NCBI GenBank assembly: GCA_051047955.1
Contig: JBPGPT010000003.1
Location: 372,001 to 436,000, forward strand
From: Cystobasidiomycetes sp. EMM_F5
Lineage: Eukaryota
Direction: 5' to 3'
Length of the DNA stretch: 64,000 bases
Position 1 is the stretch's first letter. Each line of letters opens with the position of its first letter. Position numbers and translations under genes: made by a program. Positions 47,560-60,321 of this stretch are shown here, in pieces. A model generated the notes under the pieces. It was not told where the DNA came from. It searched no databases and was given only the letters and a program-made list of their open reading frames with translations.

Positions 47560-50406
47560 TCAAGGTTTTGTTGCCCGCGCAGGGCTTTTTGGCACAGCGA
47601 TGTTCTCGTGCACATCAAGCAGGATCTGCGGAAAGGAAAGGTTTAGATGGGCGGTGTAACAAGGCGCTGAGAGGATTCACCTTGAGCGCATTGCGTGCAC
47701 GAATGCGAGTGATGTCCTCAGATTCTGCCAGTAGGGTTGTAGTCGTCTTGCTGGTCTTATCACGAGCTGAGAACTGTAAAAAATTGTAAAAAGTTGTCGG
47801 CTCTCTGTTAGCAAATGATCAAGTTCCCGCATGAATGACAGCTACTCACGGGGAAAGTTGTCTGTAATGTCTCGTATGCAACCAAAGTCACGCCGAATTG
47901 CGGCGAGGATCGCAGAACACGTGCAAGACCGCCCTTGAACAATGCTTTTGGACCCTCTTCTCTGTATATTCGGGAGAAGGCATCGACTATGCCATCGTAT
48001 GCCTTTTCTCCACCTCTCAACTCTGATTGTAGCCGTGTTCTGCAACGTAATGCAAGTCAGTGCCGCTATTCGTCAGTCTATGTTTGCGATCCGCTCACTT
48101 CACGCAATCAAACGGGGTTGTCAGATATGCAGCGGGCATGCCGGCAATACCGGCCGCTGCAAGTGTCTGCATGAAGGACAGCTTCTTTCCATTCTCTCCT
48201 TCGCGGAATAGATCAGTCTTGAGATGGGAATAGCCAGTGAAGTATATTGCGGAGAATGGTACGTCGCGTAGTAAGCTGGGATTACAGCCAGCCAGGTCAG
48301 CGAGATCGTATTTAAATCTTATACTCGGTCGCTCACCATGCCCCCGCGCCCTTGTACAGTCCGAAAAGTCCAAGTTGCTTTACGATGTGTACAGCTCCGC
48401 GCGGAGCTTGCCCACTGGCTCTCGCCATCTCTCCCTGCATTTGCAGCCTGTGACAATGTCAGCTTTGCTCAAGGCGAACGACACTTGTAAGGTCTATACA
48501 TACCGGATCTTGACCTAAAAATATCCCGAATAAAACGTCAAACACCGTCTGGGAAGATCTGGCGGTACACTTACTATCTCAAGTGGATTAGTAAATACGA
48601 CTTGCGACCCTCCCGCAGTAGCACCTGCTACGACCTCCCAATACAGCTTGATCTTTCCAGTGTCAGGATCTCTCGTCTTTCCTCGCACAAGATCGTTCAT
48701 TGTAAGCTTGATGGCCTTCTCTGGAGCGACACCAATGAGTTGGGGGACCAGGCCTCGATAGAAGCCAAAGAAGCCTTCGTTTTTCCAGATCTTGCGGGCA
48801 CAGTCGATGCCGTTTTTGTACAGCAATTCGCCTACGACCTTAGATCGCTGATTTTGCAGCCGCGTCTTGACGGTATCGATCGCATACACAGCCGTCGCAC
48901 CCAGACCTCCTGCGATACCTCCAAGACCAAAATTGTAGGCTGACCGCGCGAGATCCTGCAGAAAAGTCTTGCCTGCCGGAACCTCAGAACCAACCTGCAC
49001 TTCTTCGGGTCTCTCCCATATCGGGTTGATCAGAGCTCCAAAATCTTTGTACGCCAACCGTTGCGTTCCAAGACCCATTCCAGCAAAGTGAAAGATGATC
49101 TTGGCTTCGAGCGGAGTATAATTGCTATAGCGAGTCGTCGACGCTGCAGCATCGAGAAAGTCTGCACGGTCTATCCGTCCATCTTTCGATTTGGAAATTG
49201 CGTGCTTGACGATCCGTTCTATGCTATCCATGCCAGTGATGATGTTGTGAAACGCAAAGACTTCCGCGTAGCTGACTTGGCTGCCAGCAGACAAGGTGCA
49301 CAGCGTTGCCAACCGTGACAGGAGCGCATCGGAAAGCTTGTGTTGCGCCATTTCTCGTATGATACGAGCAAATTCATCCGGTCGTATGTAGCCTCTCTGC
49401 TCTTTGTCAAAATGGTGAAACGCTTGCCGTAACCTCTCCCCTGGTAAGCCTTTCACTGCAAGCGCAACGGGCCTGAGTCAGTATGTGGAGACTAGGAACA
49501 GGGATGTACGAACTGAGCTGGGCGAATTGCGGATAATCTAGGACGTGTTTGCCATCTCTCTTTCCGAGGTACAGCTTGACCCAGGGCGAATCGAAGTCGA
49601 ATGGGATGGCATCTTGACCCATAGCTTGCCGAAAGACATCTTGGAACTCTTCAAACGATACCATCCCGTTATTGTCGGTGTCAAACCACCGAAACGCGAT
49701 CTCGTATGGAGCATCCGGCTTTTTTAGCAAGGTCTCAAAGACGACAAATTCGTCCCACGTCACGCGTCCTGCTTTACGGGTGTCTGCGACCTTGAAGAGT
49801 ACTGCAAATTGCTCGCGTGGTATCTTCTCAAAGTCGCCCTTCGGCGCAATCGCATTGACAAAGGCCTCCTGGTCCAAATATCTGTCGAAACTATCCTCAG
49901 ACAGCTTCTAGAGGTTCGCAGATGTGTACGTACTTGTTACCGGATACTTCATCCGACCTAGCATTAGAATCAAAGGTTCTCTTCCATTTTGTCAATTCTT
50001 GGGTGGCCGTCGGCAGTGTAGGTTGCGATACACTCTTTATCGTCTGTCCGAGCTTGACTAGACCGGACGGCGAGTTGTCGACAGGTACGGAACTGCCTGA
50101 TGGTGTGCTACCGCTAGCATCGCTGATGGCTTGTCGATTTTGCTCCGAAAAGATACCAGTCTTTCGCGGAGCTGGACTGCTGGTGCCTGAGCTCGAGGCC
50201 TGTCCGCTACTGTCGTCGCAGCGAACTGCTGGAAACACTGAGCAGCGAAGGTCACAATCAGTTGCCTCGTTGCTTCATGTCGCGCAGTATCCGCTTGAAT
50301 TTTGCAAGCACTGCGACTCGGCTCGGTTTATCCATGACGCTCGCTACAGCTCAGAGCTATGCGTTGCTGCCTTGTTGGTAATTGCCCACTTACGCGACCA
50401 CCGCAT
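47560..50406 (-). CDS. AGC1: Ca-binding mitochondrial aspartate/glutamate carrier (Aralar/citrin type)
   Basis: EF-hand-like N-domain ([14 protein letters not shown]), [49 protein letters not shown]; start approximate. Confidence 0.93.
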
Positions 50407-50609
50407 TATCGTTCCAGCGAGCAGAATACAGCAGTATCGCCCGCAGCACGGCTTGTCTGGTCACAACAAATTTCTGTACGTCCGACTGGTGTCCAGCACG
50501 AATTCGATCATGCGGCCGACATGCCGCCGGACAGCCTGCGGAGCGGTCTCCCTTGTGCTGAGGACATGCCCGAACTCATTGTATGTCATACAACAGCGTC
50601 CCTTGCCTT

Positions 50610-52682
50610 CTACGTCCCGTTTTGCCGTTCCTTCTCCTGACTGGCGAGCTCCGGTTCTAACAACCCATGCACCATTCTAAGCGCTTTTAGCGAATCTGTG
50701 CGCGCAATAACACACGATACGTTGATTTCTGAAGATCCTTGCGAAATCATCTCAATGTTGACCCTGGCTTCCGCTAGAACGGAAAACATTCTGCCAGCGA
50801 TACCGACCATGTTCTTCATCTGCTTTCCGACCAGTGACAGGATGGCCATTTCGTGAAGGACGTAGACGTCTCCAACTTTCTTGAGCTCGTTGACGACCTT
50901 GTCAAGTAATTGCCGCCGGATAGCTCCATTCATCGCTATCGAAACATGCACTTCTGACGTTGATATTAGGTCAACGACGATTCCGTAACGGTCTAGTGTC
51001 CCAAAAATGCGCGCTAGGAAGCCATGCGAGATTGTTTTCCGGTTGCTGGTCACGTTGAGAACGATTATTGTATCTTTGATCGTGACCGCGGTTGGTATTT
51101 TCGCTATACTTGTGCGATCAAAGGCTAGTGCAGCCAATGCAGAGGCCGGCGGCGTGCCCGGCTCGCTGGCAGAAACATCAGGATAGATGACGGTGCCTGC
51201 ACCGCTTGGCTTTTCTACATTCTTGATTCGGATAGGTATGCTCGCGTTGATGACTTGTTCCATTGTGAACGGGTGGATGACTTCACTGCCGTAGTATGTC
51301 AATTCCGCTGCCTCCTCAGGGGTGATATGTGAGAGCAGACGCGCCCCTTTGACTTTCCGCGGGTCTGCTGTGAAGATGCCGTCCACCTCCTTCCATATCT
51401 GCAGCTCCGCTGCTTCTAACCCAACGGCACATAATGCCGCACATAAATCAGTGTACCCTCTCCCGACTTGACTCAATAAAGAGCCTGGCACAGCACCAAA
51501 GAAGCCAGTCACGACTGGTACGCGGTTTCCGCACTCCCGCAGCCGCTCCCCAAAGGTCCGCGCCAGTCGGTCATAGAACGCTTGTCCGAGACTTTCGCCC
51601 TCGGTATACGATGATTCACCGCCTTCGTCATCTGTGACTCTCGTGATGATGTTTTCGAGTGATACCAACTCGGATTCAATGCCCTAAAGAGACACCTTGC
51701 TCAGTCATCATACGGGATCTTATGCAATATTCCACTGACCCTGTCTTGCAACACTGCCGCAACTATCCTGCAAGACAGTCGTTCTCCCACACCAATGATG
51801 GTATCCTTCGAACGTGGCGATATCTCTTCTAATATTTGAGCGGCCATAAGAAAGCTTCTCAGCTGATCGCAGTCATAGTCGATTTGAGACTCCAATTGAT
51901 CAAGCAGTGACTCATCCCGAATGACACGCTTTGCTGCTCGCAGGTGGTCGTTCCGGATCTGTTCGACAGTAGCTTCAAAAGCTTGAGGCGTATTGCCTTG
52001 ATATTCCTCTCGCAACGATGATATAGAATTGGACATGGATCTCCGACTTGGTGAGCTAGGGGCTGGACTGTTGGCGCGGGAATACCATGAGTTGCCGTGA
52101 GCAAGGGTTGGTAGTATGCTCGAAGATCCGCTGCGCTGGAATTGTTGAGATGTCATGCTTAGGGATAAAGGGTTGACTCCGGGGGTGTTCAGAGAAGGGG
52201 TTTGAGCTCTGCTAGACGACGGCGAAGGGTTGTTGGGTCTTAAGGCTTGCAAAGACGCCTGTATCAACAAATTTGTTGTTCCAGTCTCTTTCGTGTTGCC
52301 AGATCTGGCGGAACAGACGAGAACAACCCTGTTTCCGGCATCGATGAATGTCCTGAATAGTACAGTCCCACATAGCAGGTCGTGGGCATTGTCAGTATTC
52401 ACGTCTCGGCTTTGACTTGCAGGTCGATCATCTGGGTCACGAAAGCCCATTGCGGACCCGCTTTGACTTACGGCACCACCTGCTCTGCGATATTATCAAT
52501 GAATTTGCCAATGCTCGTGCCGCCAAACTTTTGCACTATCCATCTTCAGCAGAACGTCAGACATTCTTGCAGCTCTCTTGGACGCGTAGAGCAGCTTACG
52601 GCGCTCCCTCTGGATTTGACCGCTGCTGGGGCTGCGCTATGCTGCCTGGCGGAGCGACCTGCTCCTGTATAGCTCGCAGCAT
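50610..52682 (-). CDS. HOM3: Aspartokinase
   Basis: VQKFGGTSIGK, VCSARS..TK..GTT, GRGYTDL, WKEVDGIFTADPR, ELTYYGSEVIHP, two C-terminal ACT domains. Confidence 0.95.
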
Positions 52683-52960
52683 AACCGCAGGCAGATTATG
52701 GACAGCTTGTGCTTGTGATAAAGTCAGAGAAAACAGCCACAGAGGCCTGACTCGTCCTCCGTGAAGACCGGCCTGGACGGCCTGGATAGGGGTCGTCAAG
52801 TAAGTCCAGTATCAACAGATTGTTAGCACTGCTAGCATGACACAGATGTCTCTACTAATCTACAGAGGCACGCAGGCTTGGCTACTGACACATACTCAAT
52901 TCGCTAGCGGCGGATGTTCTATATTCAGACCCAACAACGCGTACATAGGAAGGCCCACAA

Positions 52961-54030
52961 TCAAAATTCCGAATCCTTCAGCCGCCTGTTCTGAGGTACG
53001 TTCCAGCGACGAGCAGTTTTCGCTACGCAACACTGGTCAGAACAGGCTGGAAGCTGTCCGCCTTCGCCGAAATGCTGCCAGATCTCCTTGTTAACCACTC
53101 CGCTGATCATGCTACCGAATTGGTGACTTACCTGGTTGAAGTCTGACACTTGGACCCAAATGATGCAGAAGCCAGCTGGAGGCAGTTGTCCATTGATGAC
53201 GCCTGACCAAGGGAAGTAGCTTTTCCCGATGTATTGGTCGCCAGGTTTGCTACATACGGACGAAAGGCGTACGTCAGTGTACTACCGACGTCGAAATCAG
53301 AATACACGGACCCGTATCCCTCAAAATGAATGCCCAGACCGGAAGTTTTCCATGTGGATGGGTGGTTGAGGTAGCTTCCGCCTCCTGTGAAGCTTTGACA
53401 GTCGACGACCTGGAAGTTGATATCTCCGGTAGGTTGAATAGCTGAAACGTTTATATGAGCACATGCACTGTTGCATACTCACCTACAGACGATCACTCAC
53501 TGCGTCCGCCTAAAAGTGTCAGACCCGACCCAGAGACTGAATACAAGCTGTTTGCATAGACGAACTCAGCCAACAGGACATCAAAAGACGCGGATTTTCC
53601 AGCTCACTTGTTTAAACACCCATCACTACCTCCTCCTCCTGCCTGACAAGTCTTGACTGCAGGGCCAGTGGGAGTTGGATTTGCAGTACAAGTACTGGTG
53701 GTTGTCGTGGTTGACGGTGACCCATCGCGGCGATGGGGTCCGCGTTGCAGCAGCGGTGCGTTGGTTACTTGTGCTCGCTTGGCTCGTTCTGTTGCCAAAG
53801 CTAAAGCGTGGACAGGTTGGCAATTCTCCCCGGTTGTGCTCATTTGCGTACGGCTTACTATTGTTGGCCCCGCTTGAATAGTTCGGGCCGCGATGACGGG
53901 GTGCAATGACGTTTCGCCTAGCTTGTGCAGGCGCAGCAGGTTGGTGTTCGGCAGCTGAGACCAGCGTAGTAGCCGATACAACCAGCCAGCTCAAAGCAAG
54001 GGTATTAGCTACTTTCACGATGCCAAACAT
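52961..54030 (-). CDS. Secreted Cys-containing protein of unknown function, paralog A (no CBM)
   Basis: Signal-like N-terminus; spliced [73 protein letters not shown]. Confidence 0.75.
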
Positions 54031-54554
54031 CGTTCTGCCTTGCGTCAAGAACTTGTCAGTTGAGTGGTCCGGAAGAGACCTGCTTCAATTCCCGGAGTTT
54101 GGGTTTGTAGGCTCCCTGCATTGGTCATGCACTGCTTCGGTAGGTCAGCATTATGCAGGAACCATCACTGCTCGGCGCATCGAATGAATAGGCTTCGGAA
54201 GCAGACAGCACGTCAGCAGACCTCGAACAAAGCGAATGCTGGAAGTGTGGGTATCGCTTCTGCTACCGTAGCGGTATTGATTGCCTAAAGGAGGAGGGCT
54301 ATGGATAACGAGGAGGCCCGGGGGCAGTGTGCCGACGGACCTGAATTTTGCTTCCCGACCTAAGTTACATACGCAGGCACCGACACTGAACCTGTAACTT
54401 ACGGCAAGCCTCACTAGACGGCTCACTAGACATACATACATTTCAATCGCTCTGGAAATCAACAAACTTAAGAAATAGGCTACTCAGAATACTGGTGTAC
54501 GAACTATGCGGTGTACACTACTGCCAGACCCGGCCTGCAGGTATTGGATCACGG

Positions 54555-55958
54555 CTATGGGATGAGACACTGCGAATAGTAGTCGTTCTGCCATACACAG
54601 CTGTTGCCTGGCGGGCAGCAGGTGGCCCCACTCCAGTTCTTGCCGCCGCATTGAGAGTAGCGATCATTCGTGCATGACCCGCTCTTGACCCATTGGCATT
54701 GGCTATACCAATCGGATCCACTCACGCACGTAAAGGGGTACTTGCAGCATGTAGTACCGCTCCATCCCTTCCCACCACACTGACCGCCTTCATTCTGCGG
54801 TGTTTGTCCAGCTGCACATGTACCTTGTGCTGCACTCGCGGATGATGTCGATGTCGACGATGTACTGGTACTGCGTGGTGCCGAGGAAGTCGTCGGAGTC
54901 GGTGTAGCACTCGCCTGTGACGATGTCGTGCTGCTGATCACCGCGTTACCTCCGTCCGAGGCGTAGCCATTCGATCCGGCACTGCCACTTGTGCAGCATT
55001 GACTCGTGCAGATAGGAAGCTGCCCGCCTTCCCCGAAATGCTGGTTCTGATTGGCAAATGACATCTCAGCGTCCTGTTCCCGGTCGAGCGACTGAAGAGG
55101 TTGCATCACTTACAAACTGTCCTACCTGAACCCACGTCACGCAGTAACCGCCCGAAGGCAAGCTTCCTGAAGTTGCTCCGGAGAATGGAAAGTAATTCGT
55201 CCCAACGTACTTGTACCCGGGTTTGCTGAATGCTATATCAGCCCATTTTTACGAGGTCAGCAGGACCTTCGTTCAAGCATACCCCTGGATTTCAAAATTT
55301 ATCCCTCCAGAATAGGTGGTCCATCCTGGTTGCGGGCTGAGGTATGAGCCTCTCCCGTTCCAGCCTTTGCAGTCTATTACTTGGAAATTGACGTGACCAT
55401 TCGCGGGATAAGCTGTAGCAGAGGGGTGTATTGTTATTACAGACGTCCTATTCGTCTCCCCGCAAGAAAGTCTGACTTACTGTACCCGGGACCCAGCGTC
55501 ACACCATCTGCTGAGACCGTATAGTAGGGCGGAGTGCAGCTGTCGCTTCCACCTCCACTGCTGCAGGACTTGACAGCTGGTCCTAAAGCGCCGGAATTTG
55601 CAGAGCAAGTCGCAGCCGGCGAGGTCGAGGTGGACGTGGCAGTGGAAGTGGTGGTAGTCATTGAAGGCCCTCGTCGAAGACGGTCATGTTTGCGTCGCCC
55701 AATCTCGTGGGGGTTGAATTGAGCTCGTTTGATCCTTTCGCGGAGAAGGGCTATTGCATCAAGTACGTGATCAGTTCGTTATAGTGTGTGCATGTATCGG
55801 TACATCTTACTTTCATTGACTGCAACAGCGTTCGTAGGGACCAGCCCTACTAAGCCGTTCCGCATGAGGTCCTGTCCAACATCGTGCTCTATGCCCGCTG
55901 AAGCCAGAGGAATCAACGCAGCCAGCAGGTAAGTCAGACGTTTCAGTGACAGTGACAT
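54555..55958 (-). CDS. Secreted protein: unknown domain + S/T linker + two CBM1 modules, paralog B
   Basis: Signal peptide [21 protein letters not shown]; same domain as the neighbour; [19 protein letters not shown] and [22 protein letters not shown] are CBM1 signatures. Confidence 0.85.
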
Positions 55959-56739
55959 AGTGCGGCCAACACTGCGTTGAGTGCGGCAACTGCAGGTTCT
56001 GCTGTATGGCAGTTTACGATATCGCAGAGTTTGAATAGATGAAAGTCACAGACGCAGACGAGGCAGTTCAGGCCCCCCATTGCATTCGCCCAGGATCTGG
56101 CAGTGTTAATTGCACTATCGCAATGACCAGTGTTGTTAGCTCTGCACTTTCCGCAAACAGCTGTGATGTATTGGATTCCGCATTGGGAAGGCGGACTGCC
56201 ACCGACTTGCCGGATCCATGGATGAAAGAGAGGGAGAAGAGGATCTAGAGAGCAGCGATGCAGTTGCTGTGTACGTAGCCAATGGAATTCAGGGCCGGAA
56301 ACGAGGTCTGAGCCTGGCTATGCAAAGGGCTGGACCGAGCTGAGCGACGTCGGGAGTAGCCTGCTTTATCGCCGCTGCCATCGTGGGTGTGTTTGGAGGA
56401 TAAGAGATAGTTTATGCTGATGCACACCCTACGGTGAATACTTTACTGTCGTCGTGCAGTCTGTCAAAGTCAGTCTTGTGCATTTCGGGGTAGACAGTCT
56501 TTGACCCATTTCCGCGACCATGCATTTGCAATTTCTCTGTGCAGACATGCATTCTCAGGCAGAATGTAGAGCGAGCATATTGCATGTGCAATATTCCATT
56601 ATTGAATGTCTGTAGGCTGTCTTCAGCAAAGAAGCTCTGTCTCTGGTCCGTCAATGTACAGAAAAGTCCTCGATCACTCGCATCATGAACCAGACAATGC
56701 AGTCTCTGCCATGCTTGCCATACAGACTGCACATCCACC

Positions 56740-58466
56740 ATGCCCGCCATACCAGTCGTAGAGTCACGGCTACGCGGCCCGCAGTTTGTGACTTCAACAT
56801 GCCCGTACTGCAAGGCCGACATCGAATACGTCAGACCAGCAAATCTGCCATCAGCGCCGACAGCAGGGAGCTCGTCAGGACAGGCGCAGTTTCAGATAAG
56901 ATGCTGCAAGTGCAACGAGACGTACAATGGGCCGGTGCACAAGGAGCGTAAAGTAAAGATGGCCGGGCGGAGTATCGGTACAGGTGGGTAGTTGCGCACA
57001 TGTCTTGACGGCGCAATTCTGATAAGTTCTAGACAGACGAGAAGCCTCTCGAGACAGAGTATTACGATGTGAGCTCCTTCCCTCATGACCAGCCAATACG
57101 GCCTGACGAATTTGCATACATGAAAGGTTTTGGGTGTGGGTATAGCAGCTACAGATCAAGAGATCAAGACTGCATATCGTCGATTGGTAAGTCGTCCGTG
57201 ATGAGTCTCGTATTCATTAGCGCGTTTGACTGGGTGCGTCTTTTGTCAGGCCATCAAACATCATCCCGATAAGAGTATGTTGCGAATTCGCTTAGGACAA
57301 GATCACTGCTGAACCGGCGGTTGTCGCGCTTGCCCTGCAGATCCAAACGACCCAGAAGCGGAAGAGAAGTTCAAGTTGATTGCAGTCGCGTACTCCACCC
57401 TCTCAGACCCCGTCACACGGCATAAATACAATGAATTTGGTAGCAAGGCTGGTAAAGGCGGGGAGGATCAGGTCATTGATCCAGAGGCAGTCTTCTCCAC
57501 TCTCTTCGGCGGTGAACGCTTCCAAGATATCATTGGCACAATATCGCTAGGGCAGGAGATGAAGGCGGCCATGCAGGAAGAAGGGAAGGATGAGGAGGAG
57601 GATGAGGAGGAAGTAGACGTTGTCGTACCTGCTAGCACAGTAGCCAAGCCGGGACAGCCTCCTCCTCCGCCAGGAGCGACGACGGTCGTCAAGCAGAAAC
57701 GCAAGAAGGTCCTCACCCCCGAGCAAAAGGCGAAAAAGGCAGAGATTGAGAGAAAGCAACAGGCGGAGAGAAATAAAGCCAGAGAAGCCAGAGTCATCAA
57801 GCTCGTCGAAATATTGGTGCGCAAGCTGGCTATTTACACCGAGCAAGTCATGCAAGGGCATCGTGCAGAGGTCGTCAAATCTGGTGAGTCTGCCTTCTCT
57901 TGTATTTCAGCCGTTCCTTCGCGCTAACATGCTCGACAGTACGGGCAATATGGACTATCGAAGCGACCGAACTCAAGGACGAGTCGTACGGGGTCGAGCT
58001 ACTCAATGTAATAGGCGCGACATACATAGCCAAAGCCAAGCATCACCAGGCTGCAACGGGTACACTTTTCGGCGTAGGAGGATGGTGGCACGGGGCGAAG
58101 ACTACAGCACACGTTCTTGGCGAAACGTACAGCACGGTACGATCGGCGTTGGAGTTAAAGGCCATCTTTGAGGAACTGCAGAAAGCGGAACAGAATGGGC
58201 TCAGCGAAGAAAAGAAGAAGGAGCTGGAAGAGAAGGCCGCGACAAAAGGTATTGCTGCACTCTTCAAGAGCGCCAAGCTCGAGGTCGAAAGTGTGATACG
58301 CGAAGTGTGCGAGCGCGTTTTATCGGAGAAGGGCCTTTCCGAGATCCAGCTGGAAAGGAGGGCTGAAGCATTGCAGATTCTTGGCGAAGTCTATTCAGCA
58401 GTCCGGAAAGAAGAGGGCATGGGTAATGATGCAGATTATGTCAAGATTAACGCGTCTAAAGCTTAG
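56740..58466 (+). CDS. DnaJ + DnaJ-X protein (Djp1/Caj1-like) with N-terminal CxxC pairs
   Basis: CPYC...CCKC; spliced YYD..EIKTAYR..AIKHHPDK J-domain; FGGERFQDIIGTISLG; ELKDESYGVELL; LEVESVIREVCERVL. Confidence 0.88.
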
Positions 58467-58593
58467 TGTATTGCATATGGCACAGTCTCGATTCTGCATA
58501 TAGCGCTTGCATACGTCACGAGCAATCCTCCTTACGATGTGTGAAATTCGCATATCCATGGTAGCGCTCTTGTCTACCACACTCCACGCTTCT

Positions 58594-60156
58594 CTATTGT
58601 GACACGTCCACGATTGCGGCTTTGACGGTCGCTAGATCTATCGCTTGCCCTTCTTGCTGACCATCCGTTTGATTCGCAACCGCGCCGTCTACGCCATCTT
58701 TCGCTTGTGGTGTCGGAATTGGCTGTGCTTCCTCACCCAATCTGTGCTTCTTGTTGACCTTTTTCTTCTTTTCCGGTTCCGGCGGCGGAGGATAGGCTGC
58801 TAAACTAGCTGCTTGGAAATCGGCATTTGTTCTGAACTCCTCTTGTATTGGTGCTAGCAGAGTGTTGATGGCTTCAGTCACGAAACCCTTCAAATCGCCA
58901 GGATGGACTTCTTCCTTGGCGTACGCTGCCTCTAATTGCTCGTAGGATGCAAAGTGCAGTATTCCACCGTACTGCTCTGGCCTGACGATAGTGAACAGAT
59001 CATTGGTTGCAGCATCGGCCTTGACGAAAGGGCTCTTGTTACCCTTTGAGGCTGTCTCTATCTGCAATTTCGCTATTGGGTCGACGACTGCCTTGACAAA
59101 AGCAAGCAAGCCGTTGTCTTCCACGACTCCCGGAGCGGCTACTGCTGCCTTGATCTTCTTCTTCACTTCCGCAGGGGAGTCCATGAAATCAATTTTGCTG
59201 TTGGGATCAGACGATGACATCTTGCCTCCTGCTAGACCGGGAACCATTGCGTTCATCAAATGCGCGCGCTTCTTCAATCCCAATTTCGGCAACGCCAATT
59301 CGGCCAAGATGAAGATTTTCCGCTGGTCGACACCGCCGAATTGAATGTCCACCCCTAAATATTCTTCATCCAGCGCTTGAAGGAGAGGGTACAATAATCC
59401 GGAAAGAGGAGGACTTGACGTTTGCTTTACTACTTCTGCTCCTGCTCGTTTCGCGTCATTTTCGCTCGTGATGGAAGACAGCTTAAACAAGTCTCTGCTG
59501 TAGTCTGGAGAGTACTGATACGAGGAGCCGGTCACGAACTCAAGCTTGTCCAGAGGGACGCCTATTGAACGGAGGGCTGCAGTGAGAACGAATGCATAAT
59601 AGGTGACTCGGTGATTGACCAATTCGATAGGCGCCTTGAGGTTGTCGAGGAATGCATGGACGTCTTGTGGGATCATGTCCAATCAGATAAACATATTCCA
59701 TCTAGGCTGAAACAGTCCCGCACCTGCCAGCAGTACCTTTACGCGAACACCGGCTTTGAGAAAGTCGGCAATTTTTGTGAGCGGTACGAAGTATCCACAA
59801 TGTGCTAGATCACAGATGCGCGGTGTAAGATATGCAGCATATCCCAACACTAGCGCTGGCGGTATGCTTGCTCACGCTTGCCAGTTGGAGCCGTGCCCCA
59901 GTACAGACTAGGTGTTTTCTCTTCGCGTAACAGTTGCTGGATAGTCTCAGCTCCTAGCACTTCCTGGCAATGTATAGATGTATCATAGATTGAACGATTC
60001 ACCCCGCCAGCGTCGAAGCAAATTGTGCGCCGTTCAAATAATTAGCAACAATGCTCAATTCAACACGGCTTTCTGGACCGCTCCCACCTGCAGATTTCGC
60101 GTTATGAGCTCGAACCGTTCATCGGGTGTCATAATTGCACCATTTGCGTCCGTCAT
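58594..60156 (-). CDS. TYS1: Cytoplasmic tyrosyl-tRNA synthetase
   Basis: [56 protein letters not shown]. Confidence 0.96.
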
Positions 60157-60321
60157 GCTGGCGCCGAAGCAGAGCGAGTCACACAAATGTCACGCATCAA
60201 AAACGGTCGTGACTGTGACTGAATTTGCCACAGGGCCCGTGTAGCAACACCACGAGTTGCGGAGCTTGTATAACTGCGTCTCATATTCTGGTCGCTCCGT
60301 ATCACGCATATATGAATGATT

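Noticed and set aside
49922..50680. 252-aa plus-strand ORF and many similar shadow ORFs in the track
   Set aside because: Antisense to well-supported genes, with no motifs; expected at this GC content
44629..52682. Aspartate metabolic gene cluster (ACT protein, AGC1, HOM3)
   Set aside because: Interrupted by a septin, no shared motif seen, and adjacency is plausible by chance in a compact genome
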